Shown here piece after piece: positions 13,001-24,500 of a stretch of 64,000 nt of DNA. The notes below the pieces were generated by a model. The model saw nothing but the letters and a program-made list of their open reading frames with translations. It was not told where the DNA came from and searched no databases. The first letter of the stretch is position 1; each line of letters opens with the position of its first letter. The position numbers and the translations under genes are program-made. Source of the DNA: Tubiluchus corallicola (taxonomy: Eukaryota > Animalia > Priapulida); assembly GCA_030141605.1 (NCBI GenBank), contig JAQGDQ010000106.1, forward strand, positions 124,001-188,000. The letters are read 5' to 3'.

Positions 13001-16000
13001 ATTATCCAGCATTTACACCCAACTTTTGCGGGATGAAATCTGCCTCTTTAACACTAGCTACAATTGTTTGAATCCTGAGGGAGAGAGTAAAATATTTTTG
13101 TCAATGTCCGGTTGTAAGTAGGTGAAAGATTACTCTAATTCCTTGCACTGAGCTGACTCGTATCATTTTTGACCAACTTTGAGCAATATTTGAGATTTTG
13201 AACATTGAATCTTTAGCCCCAGGACATAGCAGGCCAGTGCCCAAAGTTTTTACTGATTACCATTACCTAGCTTTTACAACTGACATTTTGCAAAAGAAAA
13301 CCTGCCATTGCAACACTGCAATTGCAATTATTCGAATCCTGGATCCTAACTGGGGCAGAGGGTAAAATATTTTGTCTATGTTGGGTTGTTGATCGGTGAA
13401 GATCACCTTAAGTCCTGGCAATACGCTAACTGGGATCCTCCCACAACATCCGCCACCCTGGATCTTCGCTGGAGGACGGGTAAAATATTTTTGTTCATGC
13501 TAGTTTGTCAATATGCATTCAACTGATTCGGATCTTCCTATGATTACCATAGCTGCGCAGCTATTGACATTTCTACCTGTTTACCTTGTCCTTGATTATA
13601 TCCTCGGGATGAAATATGACCTTAACGTATAAAATATGATTTATACAAAATGTTTTTATCTTTGAATGTTATGATGCTATTAAAGTGCTCACAAGATTGA
13701 ATTTTATTTTATTACTTTATTTTTCATTGAAAAAGTCATCACAGGATAAAAACTTTTCATACAAACTGCTTGTAATTAATGATGATGATGGCTGTGAGCA
13801 AGAATTATAAGTCTTAGATACAACTACGACAGATGAGAGATAATGATATAGACTATAAAACATTCCTAGTTAGTGTGATAAAATAATAATTATCAGTTGC
13901 ATGCAAAGTTCAACATTAATTCATACATAAAGACCATAATGCTTACCTTACATCAACTGTGCTGTTTTGTTCATGGTCAAATATATGAAATGCTTCATGA
14001 ATTTTCATGTGTATATTAGCAACCAGGTGTTCTGCAAATAAAACTCATAATTGTTATATACTGCTATTAATTCTTGAGGTTCTTTGAACTACGAACCAAA
14101 AAAAACTGTGCTACTCCCAACAAGTGACAGTTGTAATAAATAACGAAACATTTTTTTCTTTTCAAAGCAAGTTCAAGTTCTCTGAATACGATCTATGTTC
14201 TCTCATCAACAAAACTTCGGATGTTTAACAATAATTGCTCTTTTCCTAATCTTTACTTACTACCACCATTGTCAAAAACCACTTCTAAATTGTGAAAGTA
14301 TGGAATTAAGAAGCAACCTAGAAAGTATTAGATTGCACTTATAGTTACCATGCAGGCTCACCATTGATCACTTTATGTTATACACCATGAATGTTTTCAC
14401 ATGTACATATACAGATAGCAGAACATGTTGCTGACAAACAAAAGCATGCTGTGAAATTCAACACCCATGATAACATACAGACATATAGACTGTTGCTCAA
14501 TTATTTTCATGGCTTGCAAAGCAAAATATGGCCAAAGTGGGTAAGTATGGTCTATAGACTCCTTAAGCAAAAATTGGATTTTAATCTACACCTGTCAGGC
14601 TGTAAGCCTGCATAAGTGTTCAGTATATAGCTGAGGCAGCCAGCTTAACATGTACTTCAATATTGATCGACTAACTGTACAAGTATTTGTAAGAAAGCAA
14701 ATTCAAAATTTTGACAGAAGGTCCATATTGCCCCAGTTAGTATGGGCGCAGCTTCGATGTAATATGGACACAGCTTAGGTGTAATACGGACACGCTTAGG
14801 AATAAACTGGACCACTACACCTACCCAAATGCTAATTTGAAATAGACAGAATTCCTGGATAAGTTTTATCAATGTGTACAAAAAATACGAATGGTTCTGG
14901 CTTGAGAAAAAGATTCCGACAGAACAACTGGGAATGACGACACTTGCGAATTAATTTCACTTGAAGGCCTTGTTCCTGAATAGTCGCACACTTACAACTG
15001 ATTCTGCTTGAACAGAAACAACCATCAGAACACTTGTGCTTGTGGAATTCAAATCTTGGTATACTTCCCACATTGAGGCGTATTAACGGGGCTGTGAGTG
15101 AGAACAGTCATACCATGGTATGATTAGCCATTTCGGTCATACGCTATATGAGTGCAACCTTTTTAAGTTGACATGTAGGTTTCTATGTTGACTGTTGAGT
15201 CAACCTGTGTTCTCTGAACAACCTGGTTTATATAAGTTAACCCAGGTATTAATGGTATGACCATGACTTTCCAAGTCTGGTGAACATAGGAGGTGATGCA
15301 GCATCCGTTGTCCTTCCAAAGTCCATTCACAATTTGGGTCTAAGCTAGTTATATCTGAACCACTTGGGGTAGCCTTGAGATTTTTTGGTATGAGGTAACT
15401 TTGGGGCAAATCAAAGGTTATCCCATACCCCATACCCAAAACAGGGTAAACAGCTAGAAACCTCAACAGCTGCACAGCGACGGGAAGATCTGAGTCAGTC
15501 TGGTAGAGTAGCTTGTTACCTAATGACAATCCAACATAGGCAAAAAGAATTTTACCCCTCCACCAGGAAGGAAGGATTCAGGTATATGTTAGCTCAGCGC
15601 TAGTAAAAAGAGCGACCTGTCTCCTATTGACAATGCACCATTGACAAAAATAATTTTACCCCCACCCCAGGAGGGTAGGTCTAAGATTCAAACAAAGATT
15701 AAGGGTGAGCATTCTCTATTAGAAAAAGAATCAAACCGCATCAAATTGTTGACTTTTGAACTAGATTTTCAAGATTTTGAATCCGAATCAAATTTGAATT
15801 CAGTTCTAGAGATTTTTAAATAAATTTTCAAATCATTAGTAAAAACCAATCTTGCAAAGATCATGCACATTGCTTGGTTGCACGGTAAGAATGGCACAAG
15901 AAAAAATGACACGGTAAAAATGGCACAGGTGAAAATTATCACGGGAAAAATGGCACAAATGAAAAAGTAGGAAAAATGGCACATGTTATTTTGATGCAAT

Positions 16001-16656
16001 TTATTTCTATAATAAAACTAGAACGTGCTCAGTAGAAAGCAGATCTCTATCAAAGCCGAACAATCCTAAACTTATTCGTCTGATTATTTTGATTCAGAAA
16101 ATTTAACACACAAATAAACAAGCAAATATAAAAATGTAAATGTACTGGTATCATATAGACTAGGAAAAGGCTGACAAAATATTTGTTCATTAAAATTTAA
16201 TGGATTTATAATCAATAATGCGTGAATGTTCCACATGGTGCTTATCTCCCTTTTTCACCATTAATTTTGGCGACGATCATAGATTGACAAATATATACGT
16301 ACCAAATTTAATAAACAAAAGTTATAGACAGCATTACACAATTTTACAAGCGATAATTTCTCGAAATGGAACTGGAACTAACTCGTAGTTATTTGTCCAG
16401 GTGGAGATAACAAAAAGAAGTGCTAGACACTTCTCCAGAGCCTACTGTAGTGTTACTGTAGTACCTACCACACTGTTTATGTACAATATTATACTTTTTA
16501 AGTTACAATGTGGTTACAGGGGTGCGGTACCAGATCTAAACTTTTTGTCACGGAATTGAATTTTCACTTTTAGACGCCTTGTTTAGATTTATAATACAGT
16601 CTTTGAAAAAAATTACCATAACTAGCTTGCGAAGATCCCCTTTCTCCCTCTGCCAT
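10049..16656 (-). CDS. EFCAB2: EF-hand protein EFCAB2 / dynein regulatory complex subunit DRC8, 6 coding exons, ~168 aa
   Basis: Exons 16656-16617, 14031-13947, 12377-12305, 10734-10655, 10539-10430, 10167-10049; total 507 nt, GT-AG, phases agree. Translation MAEGERGSSQASYEHLVANIHMKIHEAFHIFDHEQNSTVDVREIGTIIRSLNCCPTEYELQDILAEVEEDDPPGYVKYQKFLPVMTQILMERR...GEPFNKEEIEETLSA matches EFCAB2 as I recall it. The first exon is the least certain. Confidence 0.9.
11330..12000 (-). mobile_element. LINE (L2/Crack/CR1 group) 3' fragment
   Basis: Minus-strand translations LYNTLILP and HYCRTNIAKYFISYSASKLWNSLPINNKSQCSIRSFKSSLKQ match the typical post-RT C-terminus of these LINEs, followed by 3'UTR-like sequence. 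Confidence 0.7.
12495..12698. mobile_element. Tc1/mariner-type MITE (degenerate)
   Basis: Imperfect TIRs TACAAAGTGTTCCTAAAG and CTTTTGAAACACCCTGTA, flanked by TA. Confidence 0.45.
13065..13520 (+). repeat. Degenerate repeat family with a GGGTAAAATATTTTTGTC core, three copies
   Basis: Cores at ~13087, ~13360 and ~13478, each preceded by GAATCCTG/GGATC motifs. Related copies lie in inverted orientation at 15525-15695. Confidence 0.6.
15525..15695 (-). repeat. Inverted copies of the 13065-13520 repeat unit
   Basis: CAAAAAGAATTTTACCCCTCCACCAGGA (15541) and GACAAAAATAATTTTACCCCCACCCCAGGA (15643) are reverse complements of the same core. Confidence 0.55.
15885..15985. repeat. Short tandem array of AAAAATGGCACA units (probably a transposon subterminal repeat)
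   Basis: About six degenerate units spaced 14-26 bp apart. Confidence 0.65.
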
Positions 16657-16699
16657 TACACTATAAATAACGTTTACAGAATTTTTGGGAAATGTTTAT

Positions 16700-17470
16700 A
16701 AAAATATTCGTAATTTAAAATTCGACAAACCGCATCTATACAAGATATTGCGTTTCATTTGTTTATTCGCGCATAGCAACAGTCGGAGTGCAAAAATGGC
16801 ACAATGGCTATGAATTTACGACCATGGGATTGGATTACGAACAAACAGCTTATGCTAAATAAGTAAATAGGCATTAGGCAACTATGTCACTCGGCAGTTC
16901 GGCTTCCACCACCACCAGCAGCCTAAAAACAATCAAGGCGTAATAATGCGATACTCATAATAATAGTTATAGAAAATTACTTATACGTAGTTACGTACAA
17001 AACGGGATAATAGTTATAATTTCCGAACAGGTGGTTGACTTTGGCGTAACTTTTAAATTTTTCGCCACCCTTTCACCAATCACTTGAATATCATTAAACT
17101 CAGATAATTTATTCATTTAATAATTTTGTCACTTTGTATCGTATTATCGTTTCATGCTTTGTGTTTTTCTTGTAAAGAAGGTGATTAAATAAAGATAAAG
17201 ATACTACTACAGAACTGCAAATACGAACAGTACTGCCAATTTGCGATTGCACAATACATACTTGTATCTATGGTTGGTCACTCTTGGAGCTCTGACAAAT
17301 CGGCAAGATTCCCGTTATTGAAAGTCGTTTGTTATGTAAAAGCGCGCGTCGTCGATTGTGTAGATATTTATTTTTGAAATAATTGCAAAATGCATCAAGT
17401 TACTAAGGAGAAATTATCATGTTTCTGGTATGTTTCTACTATGTCTTGAACTGTGGGATGGTGTTATAGG
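16700..17470. promoter_or_regulatory. Putative bidirectional promoter region between EFCAB2 (-) and VRK (+)
   Basis: Local CpG enrichment (e.g. AGCGCGCGTCGTCG at 17341) between divergent genes. There is an RFX half-site-like CATAGCAAC at 16772-16780 and a candidate + strand donor CTG|GTATGT near 17428. Confidence 0.4.
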
Positions 17471-17704
17471 TACCTGTTATTATTTATTGCATTATCGTCG
17501 TGGTGGTGTTTGTTGCCTTCTGGCCACCACACTAAGACAGTGTTAGTGTTAGACTAACAAGACAGGCACTATAATATAATATTAACTAGTGAATCCATCC
17601 GGTACCCGAAAACCCGCATTGTTTATTACCTGAGCCTAATGGCTCTACCCGAATCCGCTAATGAAAATGCAGACATTATTTGTAATACGATATCCATTAG
17701 ACTG

Positions 17705-19664
17705 CAGTGGTTCCCAAACTTTCTCGGACCGTTACCCAAATCGGGAAACCCGGTCGTGTCCATTACCCCCCACCTAGTACTACTTCTCCAACTCAAAAAG
17801 TAAACACACATATATGCCACAAGCAAGCAAAATTATTTATGTTTGCTCGTGACATAAATAAATTTCCAGGTGTTGTTGTTGTATTGTTGCCAAAACAAGA
17901 ATTACAATTACTGAACCTGCTCATTACTGAGTGAGCAGGTTCATTCGAGTAATTATTACTCGAACAAATGAAAACAAGAAGAAATGAATGACAACAACAA
18001 AATCTCAGTTAGTGGGACGGATGAGCCTGTTTTTCGGATGCCAGTTTCTCAATCCTGGGTTTCATCGGGCTCAAAGCAACGCGTGCATCGCTTTCCACGT
18101 CCAACCTATTTCTTTTCTTTGTTTTCATGTTCATTATGGACGAAAAACCTTGTTCACACAGATACGTTGTTGAAAAACACGTGAGAATATTCAATGCCCG
18201 TTCTGCAAGGACTGGTGAACTGGCCATCTCTCCTATCCAAAACTCTTCCAGGTTCTGCTGCTGGAATTTCATTTTCTTTTCCTCGTTGAGCCTCAGTTCA
18301 ATCCGCTCTTCTTTAGCTGGGAAATCGTTGTCTTCAATTTGACCATCCTCCGCCAAAAAGGGCTGTACGCACCACTGTAAGGATCTTGTTTCCAGGTCCG
18401 GGAAATACCGTTCCAAGTTTTGGACGAGCTCGTTGAGGTGTTCAACTATTTCCAGCTTTACATGTTCCAGCAGTTCTTCACCTTGCTCGTTAGTTTCGAT
18501 GAATTGATCCAAATGAGAAAACTGCGCCATGACGCCTTTCGATGCCCTTCTGCTCCACAGCTTGAGTTTTCCTATGAATGCCGAGACGGTCCCACGCACA
18601 TCAAGTATGGTGGTGTTCTTTCCCTGAAGAGCAAGGTTCCCTTTGTTGAGCTCCTCAAAAATATCGGCCAAGTAGCACAACCGACATAGCCACTCGTTGT
18701 CGGAGAAATGACCCGCCAGTGGCGAATTCTTTTCTGTCAGAAAACGGTTGATCGCCTCTCGCAGTTCTAGCACTCGACTCAACACCTTCCCTTTCGACAG
18801 CCATCTCACTTCTGTGTGATAAAGAAGCACTTCATACCTTTCCCCCATCTCCTTGCGCAATTCCTTGAACACGCGAGAGTTCAAATCTTTTGCCTTGATG
18901 AAGTTTAGGGAAGCTGGTAATGTTTTGGACCCCAGCGAATAGCGATGAGTGGCACAATGGTCAACTTTAATGCTCGGATTTTCTCTTTCCACAAACCCTC
19001 TGAATCCACGTTGACCCCCCATCATGGCAGGAGCTCCATCAACTGATACTTGCTGAACACGTTCCCAGCTAAGCCCGTTGCTTTCCAAGAAATGACTCAC
19101 AGTGTTGAACACGTCCTCTCCATTCGTCGTCATCTTGAGATTCTGGCACAGCAGAAATTCTTCTTTGACCATGTTTAGGTGAATGTAACGAATGAATCCC
19201 AGCAGAACACAACAGCTACTGACATCTGTAGACTCGTCGAATTGAAGACAAAACTTGACTGGACTGGACCTGACTTCCTCGCTCACCTGCTCGAGTATAT
19301 CACCCGCCATATCGTCTATTCGGCGACGAATCGTGTTGTTTGACACCGATACAGCTCTCAGTTTTTTCGCCTGCTCTTCTTCACACATTTTCTGTACCAT
19401 CACTTTTGTACAAGGCATTACAAGTGTTTCTGCGATTGTGTGAACTTTGACTTCTCCCCAGGATCGCACCAGAGATCGTGGGAACGTGCGAATGATGGAC
19501 CCCATGACACAGTGTTGCCTGCCGGAGGCAGTCTCTTCAAGAAGAAAACTACGTAAAATGCATTCCGAGCGAAGTTTTAAAAATTTTCAGAGGGGTGCCC
19601 GTTACCCCCCAAAAAAACCATATTACCCCCTGGGGGTAATTTACCCCTACTTTGGGAACCACTA
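17705..19664 (-). mobile_element. hAT DNA transposon, Buster/Charlie type, internally deleted (~1.96 kb)
   Basis: TIRs are CAGTGGTTCCCAAA (17705) and TTTGGGAACCACTA (19651-19664). A near-perfect 8-bp TSD is present: CATTAGAC (17695-17702, 2 nt from the TIR) and CATTAGAG (19665-19672), fitting the Buster nnnTAnnn preference. Subterminal TTACCCC motifs occur at both ends, and the element contains a transposase ORF. Confidence 0.92.
18009..19505 (-). CDS. hAT Buster-family transposase (ZBED5/SCAND3/FAM200-like), N-terminally truncated
   Basis: 498-aa ORF containing QFDESTD (D1), VDGAPAM (D2), HCATHR (CxxH), EVRWLSKG and FSTTYLCEQGFS (catalytic E, hATC domain). No BED zinc finger; family similarity begins at HTIAETLV. 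Confidence 0.85.
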   Translation of the reverse strand: MGSIIRTFPRSLVRSWGEVKVHTIAETLVMPCTKVMVQKMCEEEQAKKLRAVSVSNNTIRRRIDDMAGDILEQVSEEVRSSPVKFCLQFDESTDVSSCCVLLGFIRYIHLNMVKEEFLLCQNLKMTTNGEDVFNTVSHFLESNGLSWERVQQVSVDGAPAMMGGQRGFRGFVERENPSIKVDHCATHRYSLGSKTLPASLNFIKAKDLNSRVFKELRKEMGERYEVLLYHTEVRWLSKGKVLSRVLELREAINRFLTEKNSPLAGHFSDNEWLCRLCYLADIFEELNKGNLALQGKNTTILDVRGTVSAFIGKLKLWSRRASKGVMAQFSHLDQFIETNEQGEELLEHVKLEIVEHLNELVQNLERYFPDLETRSLQWCVQPFLAEDGQIEDNDFPAKEERIELRLNEEKKMKFQQQNLEEFWIGEMASSPVLAERALNILTCFSTTYLCEQGFSSIMNMKTKKRNRLDVESDARVALSPMKPRIEKLASEKQAHPSH

Positions 19665-21534
19665 CATTAGAGAATTTAAAATTTAGATGCCACCTTCTGC
19701 TGTGCTACCTTGCACTTCTACACTAGGCAGTAGGTACCTATTAACACTCTAGCACAGTGTTAGGTGCTGTGTTGGCAGCAATAAGATGACAGATCAAGCC
19801 ACATTTGCATAGTGGTGAGTTACAAAAAACAAACTTTGATTCCTTTAGAAACCAGGCTGGAATTCATGTTGTAAATTTGGTATATATCCGGGCATTAAAA
19901 TTTTTGCAGGTGCGGAATCAGAAGTATGATGTGAGCACAGTGGTAGGCCACTAAATACATTGGATTACGAAAATAAATTACTTCAATCTCTTAAAAAGAA
20001 TGACTAATCAGTTTGCAAACTGTTCAATCAATTAAATTTTTCCACCCTGTCCTCATTCTTCTTCATGCCACTCCACACTTCTGTGTTGTAAACTGTGGAA
20101 GGAATTACAACACTGTCAAGACATTTTTAATCTTACCACCTTAGCAAATGTTTCTATTTTATTCTTACCTCCTCAGCTTAATATATACATTATCATGCAT
20201 TTGTTTGTCTTTTTCTTTTCTATATTTATGTCCTTTTGTCCCTCTCCGTACAGATACTCTGCTAAATATTTGTACTAACTAACTTTTCCTATTTTTTCTT
20301 TTTTAACTGGATTTTTGATCCACCTCCTATTTTTTATTTATCGACCTGAAAGATTATCCTTGCGGTCTTCCATTTGCTCAATTTATCCTTTCATACTTTT
20401 AGTAGTGATTAGCTACCACATCTGCTATTTGGAGTAGCTCAAATTTTTTGAGCTACCTAAGTATGAATGAGGGGTGAATAAGCTATCTAAGTGGCACATT
20501 TTAAATCATAAGCTGAATAAAGTGAAGCAGGTTAATCTTACTAAAGAAGTCAAAAGTATTGTGAGTTCTATAGCAGTTTTTGTTGTATTTGTTTATCTAT
20601 TGTTCTATGAGAAACAGACACCGATGAGATGAGGTGACTGATTAAACTCAAACTTAATAAACTGGTTGTAACATATCTTTGTCAACATCTTTGTCTTGTT
20701 TTTAGTTATCTGATTTAAGATCCTCTAGACAGATCCTCTTTCGACTGTGACAGTTTCTTTTTAATTTTTCATCTATCAAGAATGGTGTTTCGTGTAGGTG
20801 TGATCAAGTCTGGTGGGTTTCGTAAGTCTGATGTACGAATAGTATCAAAAATACCAATGACGTTATGAGCATAGCACAGTTTATCAGGAATGTCTCAACA
20901 ACTTTGGCCAATTTTAACTTAAAGCAAAACCACACCCAATCTCAAACTGTAGGTCAAAACCATCTGCTCTTTAAAATATTCAAAGGAAACATACTATGTT
21001 TTCTAAAATGACTTACGTGAAAGCATTATTACACAAACACAATTTCACATTTGTGCCACTAGTTCTTTGCTGTTAGATGCATTTCGCCATTTGTGAGTTA
21101 GACAGGCACTAACACCTGCATTTTGAAAAAAGCAGTGCACAAAAAAACAGATGCTGTACCTCTCAGTTCAGATGTGTTAGTTTGTGACGAACTACACACG
21201 TTCGACAGCTCATGTGTGAACACATTAGTAAATTTGAAATTTGAACTTTTATCTTAAAACTTGCCTAGTTTTTGCACAACACACTGAATACCTTACAGTA
21301 GCACTGTTATTCATTTTTCGCTTTTGCAAACATGTGCAATGCATTCATGGAATATTTTTACTTTTGAAAATTATGTTAGTTTGTGATGTCATCAATAGTT
21401 GGGCTCCCCCACTCATTTGAATTTTCTTGGTTTTTTCAGAAAAATGAAACACTCGCACATATTTATGTGTTACTAGATGAATAAATGCAACAGGGCCTGT
21501 GGGCAACTTCTAGCCTCTCTGGACAGCACTCGCT

Positions 21535-24500
21535 ATGCCTAGAAAAATTGCTGCCCCTAGTCAGCCAAAGCGTAAAAGAGCGGCTAGCAGTAAAAGCATG
21601 AAAGATGGTGAAAGTCCTGGTAAGAAAAGTAAAGTAGCTGCAAGAAGAGATCCTGCAAGAAGAGCTCCTGCTAAGAAAGCCCCGGCAAGGCTACATAAAC
21701 TGGCACCGATTCTCCCAGCCGGGACCATTGTGATAGATGTCTTTAAGAAGCAATGGCAGATTGGTGGAGTTGTAGGTACTGGTGGATTCGGAGCTATATA
21801 TTTGGCTTCAGACGATGTAACAAAACCCGTAGGTGAGCAAGCTGAATATGTAATAAAAGTGGTAAGTACCTGATCTGTTTTTCATTTTAGTTGTACCGTG
21901 TTTTGTTGCATAGTACAACACCTTTTGATACTTAGTATTTTATAGGGCAATCTAGTTCAAGAAATAAAGATAGTTTGTTCAAAAACGATTCTGTTCCTAG
22001 ACTCTTACATATACTAAACACCTAGTTCTTGCTCTAGACTACTAACCTGTCCTTTTGTGCATGTGTACGAAAAGCCACCAAGTAGTGAGTACCAAATTAG
22101 TATATTAACTTTTTATAAGCACATGTGGCAAAAATTATTTAACCCTTTCACTACGGAAGGTGGCACACTGCCACCTGTGTTTTTCGTGCAAGGGACGGGA
22201 GGCGGTAGACTGTTGTCCAAGCTCACCACTAAGCGCAATCACAAAAACAGTAGATAAGTTAAATAGACGTGGGATTGGCGTTGCTTCACAACAAGTAACG
22301 CTTGCCAGCCAATCTGCATATGAACCCAGGTGCATTCCACAATACTGTTCTGTTTAGTACGTTTTCATGCAAAATTGCTTGTTAATAGTTGTTGAAAGTA
22401 TGTTTAGCCACTTGTTCTGCATTCTTATAAAATAATTGCATTTTATGGATTAATAATATGACTTTTGTGAAAATTGGCTTGTAAACATAAGTATCTGCTG
22501 ATTTGTGTGAGTGTGCATGTGCATGAGTGCATGTATATATCCATGGACGTGTGCGTGTGTGTATAAATTAAATTAATATTCAATATTAGTGCTTAATAAC
22601 AAATGGCTATTAGTTTATGTACAAGATTCTGTTTTAGTGACACACCACAAGAAGTTATTGTCAAATGTGCAAAGCCACCGCAGCCTTGTTAACAAGCAAC
22701 TACGTAGTGAAAGGGCTAATCTTATCAGAAACAAATTAAAAAGAACTTGTGTATTATTAAAGTGAAATGAAACTAAACATGAAAAAGAATATTATTGATG
22801 TCAGTATAACTTGTTTAATATTAGAATTTATTCATAATAGTAATAAATATCATAATAGTAATAATAGATTTCATATAGCACGTATAATAGCTTATGATAC
22901 CATCTTCCAGGAACCTGTAGGAAATGGACCTCTTTTCTGTGAACTGCACTTTTATCAAAGAGCAGCTAAGCCATTCATGTGTAAGTTTTTTTACTGTGCG
23001 ATTAGCTTATAATAATTTACTACTTGCATAATATTTCACATGTTATATTTTATGCGCTAAGAGTAAGATTCAACCAGATTTTTTAACAGAAAAAACCATA
23101 CTATGAATGCGCATTTAGCTAAAAGGGCGTCTTTTTATAATGCTTTCTTTTTTTGACAAAAAATGTCCATGGTATTTGTGAAACAGTAACTGTTGCTTAT
23201 TAAAACCACCATGTGACCAGCAGTAAGTCTTAATAAACTCGCCCTTTTATTATGCGGCTACCTGTTGCAAGCATGTGTATTTGTCAAAGTATAGTCTGTA
23301 AACACTTCACTACTTGACAAAACAACCGACTTTAACTTTCGTTGTGACAGTAATCACATGCTTTGACTAGGAAGAGGTGAATCTAGAAAATGGGATTTAA
23401 ATTTCATTTGCGTGTCTTAAAAAAATAGGCAAACTACCAAATTACGTTTATTTTTCATTTTGGTGTTGCTTTTGTCACCTATTACTGAAAAATGTGGTCT
23501 TGTTAAATGGTGCAATGGTTTTATTAACCTTTCTTATTGGACCTGTCTAGTCTTCAATATCTTTTTACTTGTCATATATTTTAGCAGCATTTACATAGCT
23601 TGAAGTAAACTTATTACAAATTCTTTAAACAAGAATAGCTATCATAATCTTTTGTTTGCCAATAAAAATATTCATTAAGAAATGCCACTACTATTTATTG
23701 CAAACCGTATTTGTGCATAATAAAGCTGCATATTTTAAGTGAGCCGTCGTGGAAGACAGGTTTTTTTTACCAAATGCTACCAAAGCTTCAGGGTCCCCGA
23801 GCTTGAGGCCCCTAGGCTGCAGCCTATATTAGCCCATAGGATAAGCAGATGCTGTATGTGGGTAATTTCGGACGTGCCTAAATGGTTCTAAAATGCCGCT
23901 AGTTTTATTAAGTGACAACTACTGTATACTATTATAAGCTTTGTTTGCAGGTTGCTGTTACCGTTTATAAAGTTATTATTGAACTACCAATAGCTGGTAC
24001 ACCTTTTTTCATGATTAATTTTACCCATCAATATTGCCATCATTGCTTTCAGTAATGGCATTAATCATATCATTTCTGGTGTAGTTTGGTAATTGAAATT
24101 TCACTGCTTAGCAAGTTAAGACTGGTTTTATTACTAATAATCTTTATTTAAGGTCAGCATCAACGTCAACAGTTAACATAACCACAGTTATTATTGCCCG
24201 CTTGATACTTTGATTAATCCTCGTTGTTAATCGAAGAATGTAATGTAACGTAAAATTTTATTCATATAGTGCACTAAATCATTTAAAATCTCACTACGCT
24301 GAATAATAAAATACATTTAAAATTAAAAAAACATAAAACTTAAAAGACATTAAAAATTAAAGTAGTATTTTGTAGGTGATACAAAGAATTTTAAATTGAA
24401 TTCGAAATTTTATCAGCAACCAATGTAACTCTCTTAGAATGGGTACTGTTTTTCAAGTTTCTTTTATGACTTGGCCATGTACTTTCTGATCCACATGGAT

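Noticed and set aside
15885-15985. Short spaced repeats that look superficially CRISPR-like
   Set aside because: The units are ~12 bp with 2-14 bp gaps, there are no unique spacers or cas genes, and the context is eukaryotic.
18127-19686. Plus-strand ORFs inside the hAT element
   Set aside because: They are antisense shadows of the transposase frame.
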